From positions 39,866,001 to 39,930,000 of the forward strand of contig OZ286466.1 of NCBI GenBank assembly GCA_965644265.1: a stretch of DNA of 64,000 nt, given 5' to 3'. The notes beneath the pieces were generated by a model. It was not told the DNA's origin. It saw only the letters and a program-made list of their open reading frames with translations, and made no database searches. Source of the stretch: Glycera tridactyla (lineage: Eukaryota). A program made the translations under genes and the position numbers. Shown here piece after piece: positions 60,736-64,000 of this stretch (positions are counted from its first letter, which is position 1; the number at the start of each line of letters is the position of its first letter).

Positions 60736-61628
60736 TTCCCCTATGGTACATTTCGTTACTTGGGGTGACAGTTCTTGCCATTAACTCACAGTTGTGTACA
60801 CCAAACCAGCAGTGCTAGATCAAACTCGGGACTATACAAGCCAGGATGCCTTCTTAAATACAGTATACAAGAACAAAATACTCTACTGTTGGCTTAGCTG
60901 CCTCTAACAAAATATCCACCAAGACTCGGAAAAATAATTAGCATTGGGTAGTTCCAATTGATTGAGGTAGATACATTTTCACCCCTGTCAAACTGGGTGC
61001 CTGTCTCATGTAGCAGCCCTACTCGATGATGTCTAACAAGGTTGACGGGCAGGTAATTCATTAACCCTCTCAGCCCTAGTAACTCAGAGCTGGCGTACTT
61101 GGTACCCGCTTTCTGTCACAATGAGCGTACGCGTGATGTTACGCACACCATGTCGATTTTTCTCGGAAGAGATGTGCGCTTATGTACNNNNNNNNNNNNN
61201 NNNNNNNNNNNNNNNNNNNNNNNNNNNNNNNNNNNNNNNNNNNNNNNNNNNNNNNNNNNNNNNNNNNNNNNNNNNNNNNNNNNNNNNNNNNNNNNNNNNN
61301 NNNNNNNNNNNNNNNNNNNNNNNNNNNNNNNNNNNNNNNNNNNNNNNNNNNNNNNNNNNNNNNNNNNNNNNNNNNNNNNNNNNNNNNNNNNNNNNNNNNN
61401 NNNNNNNNNNNNNNNNNNNNNNNNNNNNNNNNNNNNNNNNNNNNNGATTTGCCATAAAAATGCAATGAAATAAGGGCGAATCCATTTCAAAAGTAGTATT
61501 CAAATTCAGGCTCCATAATGGCAGGAGACCTATACAATCCAGTCATGCCATTGAAGGGCGAATCGGACAAGTACTGGCGAATTTAGAATGTGAAACATAC
61601 CCGCAACGTATGCATTTGACAGCATATA

Positions 61629-62030
61629 AAGTCTGTCAAGCTTAATCGTGGCGGGTACGTTTTTTGCCCCAGCATCGTGATTTCGCATCGTATTGAAATG
61701 AGACTGACTGACATACTTTGTTTACATGTCCAACGACTAGAAATGTATTCCCGGCGAGGTTCCCTTGTATATTTCACCTTAGAACGCCAAATATGTCAAT
61801 TTCACACTGGTTTCGCGGCGTGTGCGGCGACCGTATCTTCACTGTTTCGCATACAAATAATCGCCGATAATGAATGCAATGAAATGATGGCGTAACCCTC
61901 CTCTAAAGCATGCAGACTATCCGAGACCAGGGCCTGTTCAATCGATTCATGCCATTAAAAGTCAAATATAACGAAAATTGACGAAGTTAGCGTCTGAAAC
62001 GTACCCGCCACATTCGGATTTGACAGAGTT
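61629..62030 (+). mobile_element. MITE family B, copy 3 (402 bp)
   Basis: Same TIRs and interior as 18058-18496; flanked by TA on both sides (61627-61628, 62031-62032). Confidence 0.85.
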
Positions 62031-64000
62031 TAGTTACATTCTTTGGATCTTAATATATGAAAGTGATGTAAATGTATGTATAGAAGTACATATTTAAGCA
62101 TACTACTGCTACTTGTCCGAGAACATTGATGCACGGCGTGAATACATGTAACATCATCTACGTAGGTAACTACGTTGGTATATACGCAATGACGTTGATA
62201 CATACGTTCTGGTTTACCTCAGTGCTGACGTCTCTACCTGAGTACATACGCATATATGTACGGAGATACATAAATCAGTACCTGCATACAAACGTTAAAA
62301 GCTCAAGGACGCGTCGCAAATTCTAGGTTTATGAATATTCCTACGTACGTTACGCAGACACGTATGTGTGCGTGCGTGTGCGAGCGTAGGTACGTGCCAA
62401 ATGTAGCAGAACAAAGCAAACGAGTCGGGAAAGAAATGTAAATATCAAGCACGATAAAAATGAGTGTTGTTGGGCGAACGTCAAACAATTTTTGCGACCT
62501 AATTTCTGGCAGAGAGAGCCGGCTGCGGTATTTTTTGGCTGATATCCGGTGTATTTTTGACATTCGACAATGTGCGTGCCGGGTTGCACTTGCCAAGATC
62601 TGACAAGCACGACTAGAACGAAGAAACAGTTGAGAACCATTAGGGAATCTCATCTCATACTTCCCGTCGCCCCCCCCCCCCCCCACACTCTACATTTGCA
62701 GATGGTGAGACTTATTGCACGCGCGTTTCCCCTCGAAACCCGAAATGAACAATTAACACGCGAACCACGTTGGTGTCCATTTCTTTCTCCATGAGCTGAT
62801 TGGTACGTGAAATCGACATGTCGGCATAAGAATCCACCCAAAAACGCAGCAAAATTTCCCTGGACTAGTCTGATGGAGCGACGAAGGTTCTACCGAACCA
62901 TTGAACTTATGGCAGGGTACCTTAACCTTTAGGTATAGAACCAATTATGGGGAATACTCGCCCTGAATTTGTCCAAATTATATGAATCTTGGAGCATCTT
63001 TCATGAGAGTGTGTGCATGTTTAGTGAAGATCGAGGTTCATAATCTATGTGATACAAAAATGTCCGCAGCTGGAAGTCCTTTAGGTAACTGATGGTGGTC
63101 ATGACCCTCGAAGAAACGGTCCAGAGCATGATATATGGGAGTGGGAGAAGACGTGGGAAAATACCATCATTCAGCCGCAAACTTACGTATATTTTACGTC
63201 TTTGTGACGTCCCTGAAACGTAGGGGAGATACTGGGGGAGTGGGAGATTGGCTATTTTTTGTTTTGGTTTGTTTCGATGCAACGCCAACGCCATGTAAGG
63301 AATACAAAGTGGGTGAATCCTATTGACGTCAGATGTTATAAGCAACATCATCAGCAAACGTCGTAACGATAAAAATATAAGATATGAGATATCATGATGT
63401 CATATGGTCGTTGTTTTGGTATTCCTTTCACTCATGACATCATCTTCGAACGTATTCTGTCTATCAATGCTGTGATATATCTTCTCAAATGCTCCTCCCA
63501 ATATAGATAGGTTTGTTGGGTGGATGTTTGGGGTTCCATGCCAGATAAATCTTATACCATCCAGGGGATGGATTATGTAGGTCGTGTATCCCAGTTTTAT
63601 AAGAGGTGGAGGCTCTGTACCCTGTAACCATCACTTTAAAAGCTCTGAACACAGGACGATAGGGTGATTTCTTGATTAAGTAGATGAAGCTCACAGTTCA
63701 GAAACTCCTCTGCCCACATTACATAATATAGGCGAGATTAGGACAAACAAATATAACCGCCCATTACCTTGCACGCAGGCCTGACTAAAATGCTTTTTCA
63801 TCAGAGCATGAACCTAGGAAACAGACTAGGCGTATGAAATACGTCAGGGACCATACACAGGGCCACTATTATTCGAGGGATCAACAAAATGGCACTTTGG
63901 TGTGGCGAATGAATATGATGCACCCTATGCGTTGGGCAAAATGATGAAAATATCCATAAAATCTAGGTTTCAATGGGATATTCTAGACTCAATTCAGCGG

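Noticed and set aside
60369-60768. Ala/Pro/Thr-rich ORFs on both strands
   Set aside because: ACC/AGC low-complexity tract; no supporting exon structure.
16879-61503. ORFs containing long X runs
   Set aside because: Artefacts of N gaps in the assembly.

Overview
Eukaryotic (metazoan, probably marine-invertebrate-type; inferred from the repeat content and microsatellites) draft-assembly DNA with nine N gaps (16954-17118, 20164-20359, 21393-21532, 22272-22628, 24450-24599, 24628-24876, 43923-44122, 56510-56786, 61188-61445). Four main parts. (1) 1-1867: a Russian-doll nest of a ~570-600 bp TGT...ACA MITE family inserted repeatedly into copies of itself, plus a Tc1/mariner-type MITE. (2) ~1868-10971: a ~9 kb near-intact CR1/L2-group LINE. 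It has a split ORF1, a stand-alone SGNH esterase ORF that lacks its own AUG but is flanked by in-frame splice signals, a 1.5 kb spacer, an intact APE-RT ORF2 and an AATAAA+(ATCA)n tail. (3) 40257-42946 (minus): a single 2.7 kb terminal exon of a two-pore-domain K+ channel with a ~740 aa charged M2-M3 loop; its 5' exons were not found in the window. (4) The rest is intergenic/intronic DNA with decayed LINE fragments, MITEs, minisatellites (39, 42, 60, 89, 90 bp units) and microsatellites. No rRNA, tRNA or CRISPR features could be supported. Most short ORFs in the six-frame track are artefacts of repeats or gaps.
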